A DNA stretch of 50,395 nt from Girardia tigrina. Taxonomy: Eukaryota. The notes beneath the pieces were generated by a model. That model was given only the letters and a program-made list of their open reading frames with translations, did no database searches and was not told the origin of the DNA. The translations under genes were made by a program, and so were the position numbers. Positions 49,376 to 50,395 of the stretch are shown here, piece by piece. The DNA lies in NCBI GenBank assembly GCA_001938485.1, contig MQRK01243741.1, forward strand, positions 1 through 50,395. Reading direction: 5' to 3'. How positions within the stretch are numbered: position 1 is the stretch's first letter; the number at the start of each line of letters is the position of its first letter.

Positions 49376-49431
49376 AATGATGTCTACTCAAATAGATTTG
49401 ATCTAAAGAAAGTTAGAGATCCGTCTATTGA
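49376..49431 (+). CDS. unc-13: Short Unc-13-like exon (NDVYSNRFDLKKVRDPSI); the gene continues beyond the window
   Basis: Follows the 43-bp intron 49333-49375, in frame, gtaagc donor. Confidence 0.72.
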
Positions 49432-50045
49432 GTAAGCTTCTCTTTGAATAATTCATAACGAGAAAACGTTATATCATTTATACTTTTATATTGCGATAGC
49501 TGTTTTCAATTTTATGAGCTGTAAAAATACGTTTTTCAATAGATTATGTTATCCAAAAACATTTGACGTTATTTATATGAAAATAAATTTTATTCTTTCT
49601 CACAGTGTAAATCCTTCTAAAATATGTTCACTAAACTATTCATATTGATTAGAAAAAGGCAGACAACTTTTTATTCCCTAGGAGAGTGTAAAAACATCAA
49701 TACGGGAACATTTACAGAATTTCTAAAAATAAGAGACAGTTAAGAAAAAGAATGCATTCACTAAATGAAATCTCTTTTAAACTTATAATAGAAATGACAT
49801 TATTGCGAAAACCGTACCTCAGAATTAGACCGAGAATCATAGAACAGATTTTGGTTAATTTCAATTCTAATATTCAAATTTTGAATATTAAAAAAAATCA
49901 CTATATGCAAATTGTAGAAATTTTCTTTATTCACAACATGGATTTCGTTCTCAAACCGATAATAACTCATCACAGAAATCAAATCCGATTATTTTACAAT
50001 CTCTATTGGCGTCATAATAAATCGAATGACTTTCATCAGATAATT

Positions 50046-50395
50046 AAGAACGCCATTAAAATCAAATTTTATTGCAATATATTTCGGTGGATTTTCCACC
50101 ATCTTCAGGCTGAATAAACAACAATTTCGCTGTCTTATATATAGCAAATTGATGATTATGAAAACATCTTGCGCAATAACTAATTAAATATTTTCAACAA
50201 ATTGGAAGAGAGACTTGTTTGGACATTAATGGACGGATTAAGTGATTTAATCAATAATGCCTCACAAGTAACTCTGTCCCAATAATTTTTAAAATTACTG
50301 CACAATATTTTAAAATTAGTTGTTTTCACCTCCGACTTACAACCCTTCATATGTCCAGCAATATTACTCCCACTACCCAATCGTCCATGCTCCTG
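50046..50395 (-). mobile_element. Penelope-like element 3' end (GIY-YIG C-terminus and 3' repeat); runs off the window
   Basis: ORF 50180-50380 NIAGHMKGC...CEALLIKSLNPSINVQ. Same family as 39227-39652. Confidence 0.9.
50068..50118 (-). ncRNA. Intact minimal type I hammerhead ribozyme (PLE-associated)
   Basis: Minus strand: UUUAUU-CA-GC-CUGAAGA-U-GGUGGA-AAA-UCCACC-GAAA-UAUAUU-GC-AAUAAA. Full CUGANGA/GAAA core, 6-bp stem II, palindromic stem III, bulged stem I. Confidence 0.85.

Noticed and set aside
49640-50040. Possible mariner relic (AKTVPQN*TE; DFVLKPIIT) and ORF 49752-50117
   Set aside because: The similarity is too weak to call, and the ORF runs into antisense PLE sequence.

Overview
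AT-rich (roughly 25% GC by eye) eukaryotic, almost certainly invertebrate, genomic DNA with N gaps. There is no prokaryotic operon or CRISPR content. The backbone is the 5' half of one large + strand gene. Ten GT-AG exons (5344-49431) join in one open frame with matching splice phases and end in a calmodulin-binding-type motif (ARHRWHNAFSRVCAQLNE) characteristic of Unc-13/Munc13. Introns are bimodal: 40-51 bp versus 0.6-17.5 kb. The large introns hold several Penelope-like elements (three with recognisable minimal hammerhead ribozymes), a 5'-truncated NeSL/Utopia-like RLE retrotransposon, an RTE LINE with a 13-bp TSD, Gypsy relics, and hAT, Tc1, mariner and Helentron-associated/foldback DNA elements. 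A further Penelope RT and a Chapaev3 relic lie upstream of the first identified exon. Two pseudogenes are nested in the introns (Rab escort protein; C2H2 zinc finger). The best unexplained feature is a ~235-bp GC-rich, multi-helix putative structured RNA at 43234-43465. All family calls come from manual translation and remembered motifs; no database search or folding computation was run.
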